Below, one piece after another: positions 25,908 to 43,140 of a DNA stretch of 64,000 bases. Source of the DNA: Octopus vulgaris (Eukaryota); the NCBI GenBank assembly GCA_951406725.2, contig OX597822.1:43896001-43960000 (forward strand), in the 5' to 3' direction. The position numbers and the translations under genes were made by a program. Under the pieces are notes generated by a model that was not told the origin of the DNA, made no database searches, and saw only the letters and a program-made list of their open reading frames with translations. Numbering within the stretch: the stretch's first letter is position 1; each line of letters opens with the position of its first letter.

Positions 25908-26858
25908 TATATAGAAAATAGTAAAAAGTGAAAAAACTACAGAAGACTTAAAGGTTAAAAAATATATATATTTGCGTCAATATGTCTGAAGAATATTAAA
26001 ATGTTTTTTTCCTTACGATGACATAATTTAGAAGAAAGACCGGTTTCGCGTTTAGCTTTTCAAATTTCTTACGGCGTTATGCTTATGTTGAATAGAGTTA
26101 TCGTTATGTTTATGTTTAAAAGAGTTCTAAATAAGGGGAGGTAATGAGTGATTTCTTCCGGTGTAAGGGAGATAATCATTTAAATTTTTTTCCTTTCCCT
26201 TGGTGTGAATTTCTCTGTATCAGTATGTTGGCATAAAATGCTCGGGCTGCCACCAAGACTACGTGGGATCCACGGGATTATCACTCAGACGTAGATGCAC
26301 ACTGCATCGACAACAGATTGCATTCCCAGAATACAGAATGATAACTTTTAGTGAACACATTGAGAAATGCGCAAAGCAACTACTACCACAATTTTTAATC
26401 TTTCTATTTTACCAATGTGCTATCGGATCATCAACACAAATTAGACTAAACAAGGAAACATTCTTCATTGAAAAGTACAAGCCCAGACTTAACCATGCCA
26501 ACATACTGATACAGAGAAATTCACACCAAGGGAAAGGAAAAAAATTTTAAGCGATTATCTCCCTTACACCCGAAGAAATCACTCATTACCTCCCCTTATT
26601 TAGAACTCTTTTAAACATAAACATAACGATAACTCTATTCAACATAAACATAACGTCGTAAGAAATTTGAAAAGCTAAACGCGAAACCGGTCTTTCTTCT
26701 AAACTATGTCATTCTAAGGATAAAAAATTTTTAATATTCTTCAGACATATTGACGCAAATATATATATTTTTTAACCTTTAAGCCTTCTGTAGTTTTTTC
26801 ACTTTTTACTATTTTCTATATATTCAACCACGTGCTTTCACAAACCAACTTTCTTATC
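25908..26858 (+). mobile_element. Penelope-like element: GIY-YIG C-terminus flanked by ~325-bp inverted pseudo-LTRs
   Basis: Arms 25908..26234 and 26495..26823 are near-identical reverse complements. The intervening frame reads IKCSGCHQDYVGSTGLSLRRRCTLHRQQI...RLNKETFFIEKYKPRLN. Confidence 0.9.
26660..26698 (+). ncRNA. Hammerhead-like motif with U3:A8 core (inverted twin at 26032..26070)
   Basis: AAGAAA-t-TTGAAAA-GC-taaac-GC-GAAA-CCGG-TC-TTTCTT: 6-bp stem I with one extra nucleotide, 2-bp stem II and palindromic stem III. Confidence 0.55.
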
Positions 26859-27584
26859 TATATATATATATATATATATATATCTGTGTATGTGTGCGTG
26901 GATGCGTGTATGTATGTGTATTCATACATGTACATATGCACACACATAGCCTCAGTACAGTCAAGTGGTTTAAGAGTTCGATCTCATTGGGTGGCACCCT
27001 GTTCAGTTGTGATTTTCTACAGCCTCCTGTGAAACCAGGATTTTCAGTGAAATCAGAGGAACGGAAACTTTACAGAATCCACTCTGATCATTTGAGCCAT
27101 TAGTTCAAAATGTACAAGATTGTCCACATGACTGAGAAGTACTCAGCCACTTCGTTGTTTTCTTAGTGAATAAGATAATTCAAATACCTGAATACTTGTC
27201 GTTGAACGATTCAGAGACGTCCATTCATAGGCGAGCAGAAAACACACATTTGGCGAAGACAACTTCTGAATGGATCAGTAAAATTGCAAGGTTCTCTAAA
27301 GTTCAACGTGAAAACTTGTGGCTGTTATTTTTCTGTTTTTTACTGAAATTCGTGTGATGAAGTTTTGTTATTCTGTTGGAGAAACTTTTTTTCCGTATAG
27401 GAAAAAGATTAAAAAAAAAAGAATTGGCAACGAAAGATAACATACATACGCGCAAACATACATACATACGTATAGAGACATACCCACGCATACACACACA
27501 TATATATATATATATATATAAATATATGCAAGCCGGCATAGATATATGTAAGTATATACATACATATATATATATATATGTACG

Positions 27585-27645
<61 letters not shown>

Positions 27646-28178
27646 ATATCATACACACATTCATACGCACACATACACATAAATACATGCATGTCCTAAT
27701 ACTATATATTTGTTTATATGTCTATATACACGTTTACATATGTATATATATATATATGTATATATAAACATGTATATATATATTTATATATCTATATATA
27801 TAATGAATGTATATATATATTCACCCACCTATCCATCCACCCAAACACTCACACCCACACGCACACGCACGCGCACACACACAAACACACACAGAGGTTC
27901 TGAAGGGAAGTCGTGCCAAAGACGAGGCGGTCAAACTGTATTAGACACAATACGTTTGTTTTCTTTTCTCTTTTGTGATTCTTGCTGAATTCTTTGTTCC
28001 GCTTTTCATACACACTTTGCCAAAAACACCGAAAACAATAACAACAATCCCAAAATAAACATTAAGAAAAATAGCAAAAAGGGAAAAATCAACAGGAGTA
28101 TTTCTAAGAGAAAACAAAGAGAAATTATTTTCATAAAAGTATATGAAACAACAACAAATATACATAGCAACTACATGA

Positions 28179-28252
<74 letters not shown>

Positions 28253-28352
28253 GTGTGTATTATGCGTGTGTCTATATATATATATATATATATACATACA
28301 TATATAGACATATATATATGTATAAATATATACAAACATACATCTACATACA

Positions 28353-28398
<46 letters not shown>

Positions 28399-28415
28399 TA
28401 TGTATGTATATATGC

Positions 28416-28454
<39 letters not shown>

Positions 28455-28546
28455 AATACAGACACATAAATAATTTACATGTATGTGTGTGTGTGTGCGG
28501 GCGTAAATTTAATAATTGTTCATGAATATGTATATCTATCTATGTA

Positions 28547-28708
<162 letters not shown>

Positions 28709-29083
28709 TTCATGTATAATTATTAAATTTACAGACACACACATATATACAAAAATATTACTATTTTTTTTTACAAATGTTATATTTATCAATACATACG
28801 TTAATTCACACGCGCTCACATATGGATAAAGTTAAATGCGCATATATATATACATACATACATTTGTATGTATAGACATACATACGTGCGTACATAGATT
28901 CACATAACTGAAACGTATAAAATAAGCTTAAAGCAACGCATAGTGAAACAATCGGTGAACGGAAAAGGCAAGGCGCTAGTGAACGTCTGTTTCTACAACA
29001 GATTCTGTGGCAACCATTTATACTTCTGGAATAACTTACAAGAATTTGACCAGAATCAATTGTCTTTAGTTACTTGTTTCTTG

Positions 29084-29160
<77 letters not shown>

Positions 29161-29196
29161 GTTATTATTATTATTATTATTAATACTTGTTTCTTG

Positions 29197-29278
<82 letters not shown>

Positions 29279-29279
29279 T

Positions 29280-30075
29280 TTTTCTTCTTCTTTCAAATTT
29301 GCTATCATTTCTTGCCGAGTGTCTTCCCGACTCCTAGGGCAAAGAAACTCATAGTATACATTGGTAGGCCATTAAACCAAACTCAGTAGTTCGTTCATTT
29401 TTTTATTTTTTTAAAGTCAAATTAAAATACATGAGCAGCAACAGTTCTCACATCGACAATGCTCTTCTCAATACGTGTGATGTACCAGTTAAGACAATCT
29501 TTTGCACTTCTTGCAGGGATGGTAAGCCAGGGATCATTCTCATATAATTTTCGGTTCCCTTCTTGATCATTCCTAGTGCTCCTACGATCACTGGTATTGT
29601 AACCGCCTTGAGATGCCACATTTTCTCGATTTCAATGAGTAGGTCTTTATATTTTCTGAGCTTGTCAAACTCTTTCGCTGAGATATTATGATCACAGGGG
29701 ATGCTCATGTCGATCAATAAGCAAACTTTATTGTTTTGGTCTTTCACAACAATATCTGGTTTAATGGCCTTGATGGTTCGGTCTGTATGTACTGGAAAGT
29801 CCCACAGAATGGTTACATTTTCTCCTTCAGTTACAGCCTCAGGGTGGTGATTATACCACTTGTCGGCAGTTTTGATATTGTAATGCCGACTTATTACCAG
29901 TGGAGATATTGGCCAACTCTGTCATGTCTTAATTTGTACTCCACTGGTGCTAAGACTTTACATCCAGAGATTAGGTGGTCCACTGTTTCAATCATGTCGT
30001 TGCAGAATCGGCATTTTTGGGTCTGCTCCATTTTTCATCACATTGGCCTGGTAGTTCCGAGTTAATAGACTTTTA
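29280..30075 (-). mobile_element. R4/Dong-type LINE 3' fragment (CCHC knuckle + restriction-like endonuclease) inserted in (AAT)n
   Basis: Minus peptides CRFCNDMIETVDHLISGC, RHD and KPDIVVKDQNNKVCLLIDMSIP...EFDKLRKYKDL. Long (ATT)n tracts lie on both flanks. Confidence 0.92.
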
Positions 30076-30077
30076 TC

Positions 30078-30139
<62 letters not shown>

Positions 30140-30540
30140 GTTATTATTATTATCATTATTATTATTATTATCATTATCATCATTATTATTATTATTATTA
30201 TTATTATTGTTGTTGTTGTTGTTGTTATTGTTATTACTAATGTAATTATCATTATTATAAGTATTATTGTTATTACTGTTACTATTATTATTATTATCAT
30301 TATTATTATTACTGTTATTGATATTGTCGTAGTTGTTGTTGTTGTTCTTGGTATGGGCATTGGTATTATTATTGTTATTATTTTTGCTTCTTGGTATTTC
30401 TAGGTGTACAGAATTGAGTTATTCTGTCGCTCTTATGCAAACCTATACTTAAGGTAGTATCTTATCAATGTCGCTAACCATCGACGGCTTTATCTGCGCA
30501 TTAGAAATATTATATATATATATGTATGTATGTAGGTAGG

Positions 30541-30614
<74 letters not shown>

Positions 30615-30814
30615 CATATATATATGTATGTATTATATATACATATACCTATATATATATATATATACGTGTGTGTGTATACATATAGTCATATATATAT
30701 ATATATGTATATATATACGTATATATGTATGTATATATACACACATAAAATACTTGCACATACATACATATATCCATACGTAGATACATACATATGTTCT
30801 GACAGATAAACATG

Positions 30815-30862
<48 letters not shown>

Positions 30863-31022
30863 TAATGTAAACACGCTGACGTAGCAATACACAAAATGTG
30901 ATAGAAACAAGGAGGCGATATACGCCTCTCACTTTTGCATCTATTTTGTAAACACAGGCATCTACTTAATAATTATATATATATACTCATATATGTGTGT
31001 GTGTGTGTGTGTATGACTGTGC

Positions 31023-31066
<44 letters not shown>

Positions 31067-31335
31067 GTGTATATATATATATGCATATTTATACATACAT
31101 CTACACACTTATATATACGTATATAGCATATATATATATATATATATATATATACATTATATATATATATATATATAGATGTATGTATGTATGTATAGAT
31201 AGATAGATGTATCGATAAATAGGTAGATATATATACATATATACGTACTTACATAACATACATAAACATATATGCAGACATACATATATACATACACAAA
31301 TACGCACACACCCACCCAAACACACATATATAGGA

Positions 31336-31375
<40 letters not shown>

Positions 31376-32302
31376 GTGTGTGTGTAAGTATATGAAGCAA
31401 GAAGTTAGAAACAAATAGAGAAAGCGAGAGGAAGCAAAACGCAATGGAAATTAGTAAATATAACGTAAACGAAAATAAATATTGAGACGAAAGTAAAATA
31501 AGATATCGATGAGTGGGTGGGTGGGTATTGTCAACAAGTGGGGGTGGGTCTGTTAGTGTCGAATCGATTGGGTTTAGCAATGATGTGGCGAGCGATTGGA
31601 AATGGTATATTGGTAAGTAACAGTTTAGAATAACCATCGCGCCCAACTTGGTAGTGGAGACATTGACATCCGAATATTGCTTAACCATGGTCTCGGCGCT
31701 AATTGATTCAAGCTTAATCTGCTGGGCTTGGTTTGAGATTCGATGTAGGGAAATTCTTTGGATGATTACAGTCGACAATCACAAGGTTTTGACAAGCGTG
31801 GATCACATGAAATTCGTATCCTGACTGATGTGTACCGTACCTGAGCCTTACTTTAACCGAGCGGTCCTCCACCTTTTTTTTGCATATGGACATTTTTTGA
31901 ATCCTAATTTAGTCTACTGACTCCCACTCCCAGCTATTTAGTATTTTCTTTTGGAATTATACAAAGAATTTTTCAAATATTTTGGCTGAAATCAAGCTGG
32001 GAACAATCCGGCTTATGGGGATCGGTGATCCGAGAAAATAAAGCCACAAATATAGAAGACGTTGGCTTAGCAACTTTACGTAAATTAGTCACCTTTCATT
32101 GAGAGTCTATCTCTAATACACGTCTCTCCTGTGTGTGTGCATACCGTACAAATTTATTTTTCATTCGTTTTTCTATCGGTGTGTCTATATATTGTCTGTC
32201 TATTTGTCAATATATATGTAGGTATCTATACATCTTCCTACACACCTATCTATCTAGCTACCTATCCATCCACATAGTTCTATTAACCGGTTTTCTGTCT
32301 GC

Positions 32303-34600
<2,298 letters not shown>

Positions 34601-34942
34601 ATGTGTATTTGTGTGTTTATGTATATATAGTTTATATTTGCTTATATTCCTAGATTTACAAACGTGAGTAAATCTCGTCCGCTGACATACAAAATCGTAT
34701 TCATTTGGTAGAAACTAAAGCTTCACTGCATCGCTAATCTCTTTCCCTATTTCCGGTCCTTGCTACGATATCTAAATATAATAATACAGTCAGATATTCA
34801 TATACAGACGCGTGTGCAACACTCACACACACACACACCACACGCATGTACATACATATATACATACACACATACATACAAAGATATAAATGCATATATA
34901 TATATATCATATATATAAAAAATATATGTTATATATATATAT

Positions 34943-34973
<31 letters not shown>

Positions 34974-35133
34974 CGTATATATATATTTGTGTGTATATAT
35001 GTGTGTGTGTGTTTCCCCGCGCGTATATGAATATTTGATTTCATAGGTACATACGTCTATATGTGTATGTGTATGTATGTGTATATATATGCGTGTATGT
35101 GTGCAGAGTGTGAGAAAAAGACCGAAAGAGACC

Positions 35134-35206
<73 letters not shown>

Positions 35207-35687
35207 GGAGAATGAGAGGGGGAATGAACAGTTTGGATAAATTATCGGAAAACCTAGTTAAACGAAAATTTTGTTATTTAATACGGAATTGATTAAACCT
35301 TTTCATTAATCTTAGATTCAATTTGTCGAGGAATCGAGTGGTACAATGCCCTGAGCAATTCCCGGAAAAGTTTTAAGCCATTCTTTAAATATTAGTGACT
35401 TCAGTTCTATCTGCGAAGATGGAGATGAGCAGCGGTACTTCACTTGCTGCTCCAATATGCACCTTAACCGTTTGGTCATATTGGGATCCTCTGTTTGTGG
35501 GTGTAATTACAGGAGCTCTAAACCGCCTTTGATGTAGTTGTACGAGATTTGAAACACATTAGCCGTGTGAATCGTGGCCTTATCCTCTTGGAAGATTGCG
35601 CTAACATCAGACGATCAGTGTAGAATGTGTGTACATTTGTTTATTCCAAGGGATGATACTAATTAACCAAAATACTCTGATAGTCGT

Positions 35688-35985
35688 GTGGAGGCATATG
35701 TTCTAGTGGTTAGAGCAGCGGACTCGCGGTCGAGGGATTGCAGGTTCGAATCTCAGACCTGGCGATGTGTGTGTTTATGAGCGAAACACCTAAGCCCCAC
35801 GCGGCTCCGGCAGAAGGTAATGGCGGACTTCTGCTGACTCGTTCGCCACAATTTTCTCTCACTCTTTCCTCCTGCATTTTGCAGCTCACCACTGACAAAC
35901 CGGTGTCCTGTCCAAATGGGGAACCTATACACCAAGGAAACCAGGAAACCGGCCCTTATGGGCCAGGCATGGCTCGAGAAGGAAC
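35688..35985 (+). mobile_element. SINE family C variant with tail-2-like end
   Basis: CTAGTGGTTAGAGCAGCGGACTCGCGGTC...GGTTCGAATC, with tail GTCCTGTCC...GAAACCAGGAAACCGGCCC. Confidence 0.8.
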
Positions 35986-36164
35986 AGAGTCTGATAGTTG
36001 TTGGTGATAACATTGGCCTTTCAGAACAACTAAACGGCACAGAAAAGTTTCTGATATCGTTCCCCAAATGTTCACAAACCTGCCTCCATGATTCACTGTA
36101 GGTGCCAAACAGTCAGGGCTGTAGGCTTTGTGGGGGTTGTTTCCAGACATCAATCAGTCTTGAC

Positions 36165-36423
36165 GATTTCATCTGCGACAATTTCATCTCAATCGAAGGA
36201 GAGGGGCTTTCTCCGTCCGGGTTGCGGATCCGTGGAATAAGCTGCCGGATGAGATAGTGAAGATGCCGACGACCGCTTGGTTCAAAGTCTCCCTTGACCG
36301 GAAATGGCCTGAACTCTTTGCATGAACACCATCCTGTACATAACTCCATGTCCCCCTACATGGCCTTGCTCTTTGCTTTTTGAGCCAAAAAATTAACTTA
36401 ACTTAACTTAACTTAACTTAACT
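36165..36423 (+). mobile_element. CR1 LINE extreme 3' end with (TTAAC)n tail
   Basis: Peptide RRRGAFSVRVADPWNKLPDEIVKMPTTAWFKVSLDRKW, then a short UTR and a pentamer tail. Confidence 0.85.
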
Positions 36424-37135
36424 GAAGAGGAAGAAAAGAAATCTGGGAATGCGTATTCTTAAATGAACTTAATTTCTATGGATCCATTGACCACTTCTGA
36501 TAGTTCAGACACTATATTTTTAGCCTTTTAGTTCTGAGTGGAGAATCAGAAGTGGTTACTAGTTGCGACTCTTCTACTTTCATCTTCACTGAGCTCACGA
36601 CGAACGATTTTAGTTGATACAAGGTTGGTAAGAAAGTGGTTTAGCTCTGCGGTCACTCTTTCTGGTATAAGTAAATGGGTTTTTGAGTAAATTTCTCTGT
36701 AAGTTTCTCACAGTAAGTTTTTGAACTTTGCCTTGCATCCACAATTTTACTAACCAAACCCGGCCTTATCTTCTTCTTGGAATAACAACAGGATTTTTAG
36801 AGTCAGTATTTCGCGAAACGTTAAATAACTGGACAGGTGCAGCGACTGAAACACCTACCATTTGCACTTCAGCAACTTGTCGCCCTTGGTGACCATGGAG
36901 GTTGCGTATTTTGACTTAGTTAAATATAGATACTTGCAGAAAAGAAAAAGAGAGGGCCATATCATGAAGTGCAAGGCATATATAATGCATATGAACGCAT
37001 ATTATGAGTCTACAACAGTTATTAATTTGTAATATTGCCAACTGAAAAACTACTTAAATATAAAATTGATGTTTTCATTACTTTGCCCAACACCTATACG
37101 TGTACGTACACACGCGCGCACACACATGTGTATAC

Positions 37136-37177
<42 letters not shown>

Positions 37178-37527
37178 ATATGTATGTGAGAGTGTGTGTG
37201 TCTGTAAACACACACACATATATATATACCTACTTATATATACACACATATATAATATACATATATGCACATACGTATGTATATCGTGTGTGTGTGCGTG
37301 AGTGTGTGTGTATAAACATATGTGTATATATGTATATACACCTACATATATATGCATATTATATGCATATATATCATATGCATATATATGCATATTATAT
37401 AAATATATACAGATACATACATACGTATGTGTCTGCAGATATACATCTACAAACACTCAAATATACACACACACACAGACAGACATACTTATATACATAT
37501 CTATATAAATATGAACATGTATATGTA

Positions 37528-37579
<52 letters not shown>

Positions 37580-37649
37580 GATGTGTGCCTATGTGTTTGT
37601 AGATTCGTATAATTCCAAACTTTGATTTTCAAGATATATAAACATTCGG

Positions 37650-37780
<131 letters not shown>

Positions 37781-37932
37781 ATTTACAGAACCATTAATAA
37801 TTCAAGTTTTCTTTTTCTTAGACGCTAAACGCCCCAGCAATGGGAACTTAATTTAGCTGCCACTAATTTCTAGCAGTTGATCTACATGTGTCTAATTTTC
37901 TGGGGGTCTGTATGTGTGTAGGTTTGTATGTC

Positions 37933-38010
<78 letters not shown>

Positions 38011-38137
38011 TGTGTGTGTGTGTGTTCACATGTGTGTATGTCGCTGTTTCTGAAAGGTGTCTTCAGAACATAGAACAGAGCGCGTCAATTGGTGGGTTTC
38101 TGATAAAATAGCTACAGCTCGGGGACTGAAAGGCAGA

Positions 38138-38170
<33 letters not shown>

Positions 38171-38411
38171 TGTATGTATGTATGTATGTATGTATGTATG
38201 TATGTATGTATAAATCTATGTATGAATGTATGCATGTATGTATGAATTTATGTATGTATGAATGTATGTAGGTATGAATGTATGTATGTATGTATGTATG
38301 TTTGAAAGTATGTATGAATGTATGTATGTATGTATGTATGAATGTATATATGGATGCGTATGTGTATGTAAGTAGGAATGTACGTATGCATGAATTTATG
38401 AATGTATATAA

Positions 38412-38645
38412 ATCATTATTCAGTTTATCTTAAGATTTCTTGCCAATAGAGAAAGAACCGGTTTCTAACCTAGATCTTAGTTTCCTTCATTGGAATTTCA
38501 ACATCAACAGAGTATTTTTGATTGTTTGCATGTATGTATGTATGTATGTATGTATGTATGTACTTATATATTTATGTATGTACGCATGTATGTATATATG
38601 TGCAGATTTCTATGATTTACGTAACATATTCTCATGCATATAGCT
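38412..38645 (-). mobile_element. 3' UTR fragment of the (CATA)n-associated RLE LINE
   Basis: Matches 58625..58830, including ATTCTCATGCAT beyond the internal (TATG)n. Confidence 0.75.
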
Positions 38646-39106
38646 ACATATCTACACATCCTCATATATATTTAGCCATCGAATCAGCTTCTTTGAAATT
38701 TTTCCTCACACATCCTGTAATCATTTCAACCACTCTCTTCCCCCCATATTTCTCCTACCACATTCAGGAATGTGACATACGTTTTCAGACAAAGGACAAT
38801 AAACAAAGAACAATAGACAAAGGACACTTAACTAAAAATAATAATAACTTTCAAGTGATGAACGAATATATATTGCGTGAGTTTATTCGGCCAAAATAAA
38901 AAAAAATGATGATTCCGAAATATAGGAACATATGTATGAGTTAATAGTGAAAGTGTCTGGCATTAACGGTGTCGAGAAAGGCCTGGGTGGAGAACTGATG
39001 AACCGATGACCTATCTAATAATTGTGTGAAACTGAGAGGCGAATATGTTGAATAAAATTCTACTTAACTGACTCTAATGTATTTTCTTTGACCCAAAGCC
39101 AGGAAC

Positions 39107-39167
<61 letters not shown>

Positions 39168-39168
<1 letters not shown>

Positions 39169-39445
39169 ATCACGTGATCACGCGACTGACCAGACCATCA
39201 GATGTTGCTACATCTTTAGCATTGTGTTAGCCTTCGAATAACGCCACACCCGCTGGCTAAGCGAGCAGGCCAACAGAAGAAAGAGTGAGAGGAGGAGTGG
39301 TGAAAGAGTACAGCAGGGATCACCACCCCTGCCGGAGCCTCGTGGAGCTTTTTAGGTGTTTTCACACACAACGCCCGGTTTGGGAATCGAAACCGCGATC
39401 CTACTACTGCGAGTCCGCAGCCCTAACCACTGGGCCATTGCGCCT

Positions 39446-39448
<3 letters not shown>
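39168..39448 (-). mobile_element. SINE family C with tail 3
   Basis: Same head as other C copies. The tail ends ...GTGATCACGTGATA as in 50490..50780. Confidence 0.85.
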
Positions 39449-39497
<49 letters not shown>

Positions 39498-39660
39498 GGA
39501 TATATATATATATAATATAGGATAAAAATTTATTCGAAAAAAAAATTTTATCAATGGCCAGCATATTAAAAAATAACATTAAAGATTAAATTATAAACAA
39601 CTTATAAATAAGGGCAAACGAGTAATTTTTTTCGTTTGCCCTTATCTATCCATCTATCTA

Positions 39661-39701
<41 letters not shown>

Positions 39702-40007
39702 CCCTAACTTCTATATATGGACTATTTGTGATTGAAGTAACGGCGGCTGAAAGGGTGAATTTTTTTCCGAAACAGCTAGAAGTCCGGCAAGGTGTCTTGT
39801 AAACATTTCCTATTAATATTCATTCTTCTATTTTTTTCTGGTTCTTTCTTTCTTTCATTTATTTATTTATTTTATTTTTTGTTTTGTAAATTCTAAATTT
39901 CTTTTTACCAGCTGCTTGTTGCTAATTGACATCAAATAAAAATCTCGCATAGACAAAGTAGGATTTTGCATTTTACCGAGATGCACGTCTCTCCTATATA
40001 AAGCTAC

Positions 40008-40240
40008 AAGGCGGCGAGCTGGTAGAAACGTTAGCACGCCGGGCGAAATTCGTAGCCGTATTTCGTCTGTCGTTACGTTCCGAGTTCAAATTCCGCCGAG
40101 GTCGACTTTGCCTTTCATCCTTTCGGGGTCGATAAATGAAGTACCAGTTACGCACTGGTGTCGATGTAGTCGACTTAATCCCTTTGTCTGTCCTTGTTTG
40201 TCCCCTCTGTGTTTAGCCCCTTGTGGGTAGTAAAGAAATA
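40008..40240 (+). mobile_element. SINE family B (tail type 2), full length
   Basis: Well-preserved copy. TATATAAAGCTACA is duplicated on both flanks, a likely target-site duplication. Confidence 0.9.
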
Positions 40241-40514
40241 TATATAAAGCTACAGGCTATTTCAGCTAGCGAACTACATTTCTGTATAGAAATTTTCCTC
40301 AGTATATTCCGCGGAGAGTAATTATTTCTCTCCGACCTATAAAATAAATAGGTTTACCTGTTTGTTCTTGGTCACTACATATGAAAATACATAGCTGAAT
40401 TAGTATGTATAGCGCTTTTTAGTCCAACAGTAGCTGATGATGTGAGACGTAAATATGAGAATGACTTATCCCGCAAGACAAATTACCGCAGATGTTTCTT
40501 AATTTCTCCTGTGC

Positions 40515-40545
<31 letters not shown>

Positions 40546-40713
40546 TTTATATATATATATACATATATACATATATATATATATGTGTGTGTGTGTGTAT
40601 GTGTGTGTGTTTGCGTACGTGCACTGTGCCTATATGTCTATGGGAGTTTCAGAAATGGGAAGGATGTATATACTTACATTGGTATGTGTGTGTATATATA
40701 TATGTATATGTAT

Positions 40714-40762
<49 letters not shown>

Positions 40763-40794
40763 CTAAATATTATATATATATATATATACTTTTA

Positions 40795-41022
40795 GTCTTT
40801 TACTTGAATGAATTATTTGTCTGGGGTCATGCTGAAGCACCACCGTACGAGGATTTTAGCGGAACAAACCGACCCCAGGGCTTACCTTTTCTGCTTATTT
40901 TATCGGATTCTTTTTCCGGAACCGCTACGTTAGAACGACGCAAATACGCTAGCACTGGTTGTCAGGTGGTGACGGGAGACGTTCACAGATACACAAAGGT
41001 ATATACATGCATGCATGTATAT

Positions 41023-41053
<31 letters not shown>

Positions 41054-41526
41054 TATATGTTTTCTTTTACGCTCTTGGTAGAAGGCCTGGAACTTTGGGG
41101 ACGGGGTCAGTTGATTAGATCAACCTCGGTACGCAACTGGTACTTAATTTATCGACCCGGTAAGGATGGAAAGCAAAGTCAACTTCGGCGGAATTTGATC
41201 TCACAACGTAACTGCAGACGAAATACCTATTTCTTTACTACCCACAAGGGGCTAAGCACAGAGAAGACAAACAAAGACAGACAAACGGATTAAGTCGATT
41301 ATATCGATCCCAGTGCGTAACTGGTACTTATTTAATCGACCTCGAAAGGATGAAAGGCAAAGTCGACCTCGGCGGAATTTGAACTCAAAACGTAGCGGCA
41401 GACGAAAGACCGCTAAGCATTGCGCCCGGTGTGCTACTGTTTCTGCCAGCTCGCCGCCTTACACACACACACACACACACACACACGCATACACACACAC
41501 ACACACGCGCACACACACACACATAC

Positions 41527-41603
<77 letters not shown>

Positions 41604-41905
41604 CAATACAAAATGGTACAAGAACGCAAAACATCCAGACAGTTAGGTGATACAAAAAAGGAACAAAAAGACATCCAGATAGAGAATACAAAGAAAACAC
41701 GGACGGGTCATTCGGAGTTTTCTTACCTCATCGCTTGACAACCGATGGTGGTGTGTTTACGTCCCCGTAACTTAACGGTTCGGTAAGAGAAACCGATAGA
41801 ATAAGTACTGGGCTTTCAAAGACTAAGTCCTGGGTTCGATTTACTCGACTAAAGTCGGTACTCCAGCATGGCCGTAATCAAATGACTGAAACCAAATAAA
41901 AGAAT
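40795..41905. mobile_element. SINE cluster: A tail (-, 40795-40995), B dimer (-, 41075-41460), A tail (+, 41730-41905)
   Basis: Similarity to in-window copies. Confidence 0.8.
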
Positions 41906-41928
41906 ACATACACACACACACACATATG

Positions 41929-41976
<48 letters not shown>

Positions 41977-42229
41977 CTCTCTCTCTCTCTCTCACACACA
42001 CACAACATAGGTCTGCTCCGTCAACCATTGCTCCGGTGTTCTCTCTAAGGGGTAAATTAGTATCATCAAATTAAATCCCCAAACACATCATCTTTAACAT
42101 TTCTTCTGTCAGCCTCGATGCCATTACACCATTATACTAATATTTTTTCGCCAATCAATCTTGGCAGTTTCCCTGCTTGCATCCTGAAATAGTTCTAACA
42201 CTAAATCATGCGTTCCCTCTAATTTCTTG

Positions 42230-43140
42230 TGGAAATCGCTGGACGCATTCTCTACGCTAAATTGCTTCCGATCTCAATCGGTGAAACCCTTCTTCAAAAA
42301 ACAGAGACAGGCCATTTGCAGATAAATATCACCCAATGCCATCAATCAAATCATCACAGTATTTGAAAGAGTGGTACCATCAAGAATAACGAACTTCTTG
42401 GGGAGAATCAATCTCCTGCATCTCATCCTGCATAGCTTTCGATGCGACCACACGTTGTTGAATCGACACAATATTATGGTTGCCAAAACAAGCATTACCG
42501 CACCGGACAAAATGCTTAGCGGCATTTTGTTCGTCTTTACGTTCTGAGTTCTAATTCAGTCAAGACCGTCCCCTAGATTGATGGCCTGGGGCCAAAACTC
42601 AAAACCAATATTCTGGTTGTTAAAACTGCCCAACACTGGAGTCAGTGGGAATCTACTGTACTACATTAGGAATTTTTGGTAAGCATATCCCAAAGTATTG
42701 TAATCAACGGAATCTTTAAAAGCCCAGTAAAATTATTATTGAGGTCTCAAAGGGACCAAGTAGAGTCCATTCATCTTCGAAACGTATATGTAAATGACCT
42801 AAAAAATGTCATCAGGCACAGCTGAATGAAAATATTCGCTTATGGCACGATGTTCCATAAAATTATAAATGAAGAAGGTGACTACATGACTATCCGGTCA
42901 GATCTAAATGTTGTGAAACAATGGCCGGAAAATAAGAAATTTTGCTAATCTACGGAAAATGTGAATTGCTGCACATTGAAATAAAAAAAAAATGATGTGT
43001 TATAACGAGCGTGTTCACTTCCTGAAGCTGAGGCGCTGATAGCAACGAACAATATCAGAAACGTAAGATATAACTGATGACGAAAAACTTAGTTGGAATG
43101 GCCACATCGTTAACAAAATTGGATTCTCAGAACGTTCTGG
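42230..43140 (+). mobile_element. Highly decayed CR1-group reverse transcriptase fragment (SINE B remnant inside at ~42490-42610)
   Basis: YVNDLKNVIRHS*MKIFAYGT...IRSDLNVVKQW corresponds to the YINDL...FADDT...LQxDL motif. Confidence 0.6.

Larger units (their letters stand above)
35290..36960 (-). mobile_element. Decayed Tc1 transposon interrupted by SINE C and a CR1 fragment
   Basis: Minus peptides VGVSVAAPVQLFNVSRNT (HTH), AYSPDCLAPTVNHGGRFVNIWGTIS and FQEDKATIHTA appear in Tc1 order. The ends are uncertain. Confidence 0.72.

Noticed and set aside
31520-31840. Unique part of the 225-aa minus ORF
   Set aside because: No recognisable protein. The plus strand hints at a frameshifted D..K.FD.VDH RT motif, i.e. 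a possible LINE relic, but the evidence is insufficient.
36392-36423. (TTAAC)n as telomere-like repeat
   Set aside because: It is the 3' tail of the adjacent CR1 fragment.
39745-41730. Further hammerhead-like strings at ~39745, ~40435 and ~41700
   Set aside because: Each lacks one core half or stem pairing and is too degenerate to support.
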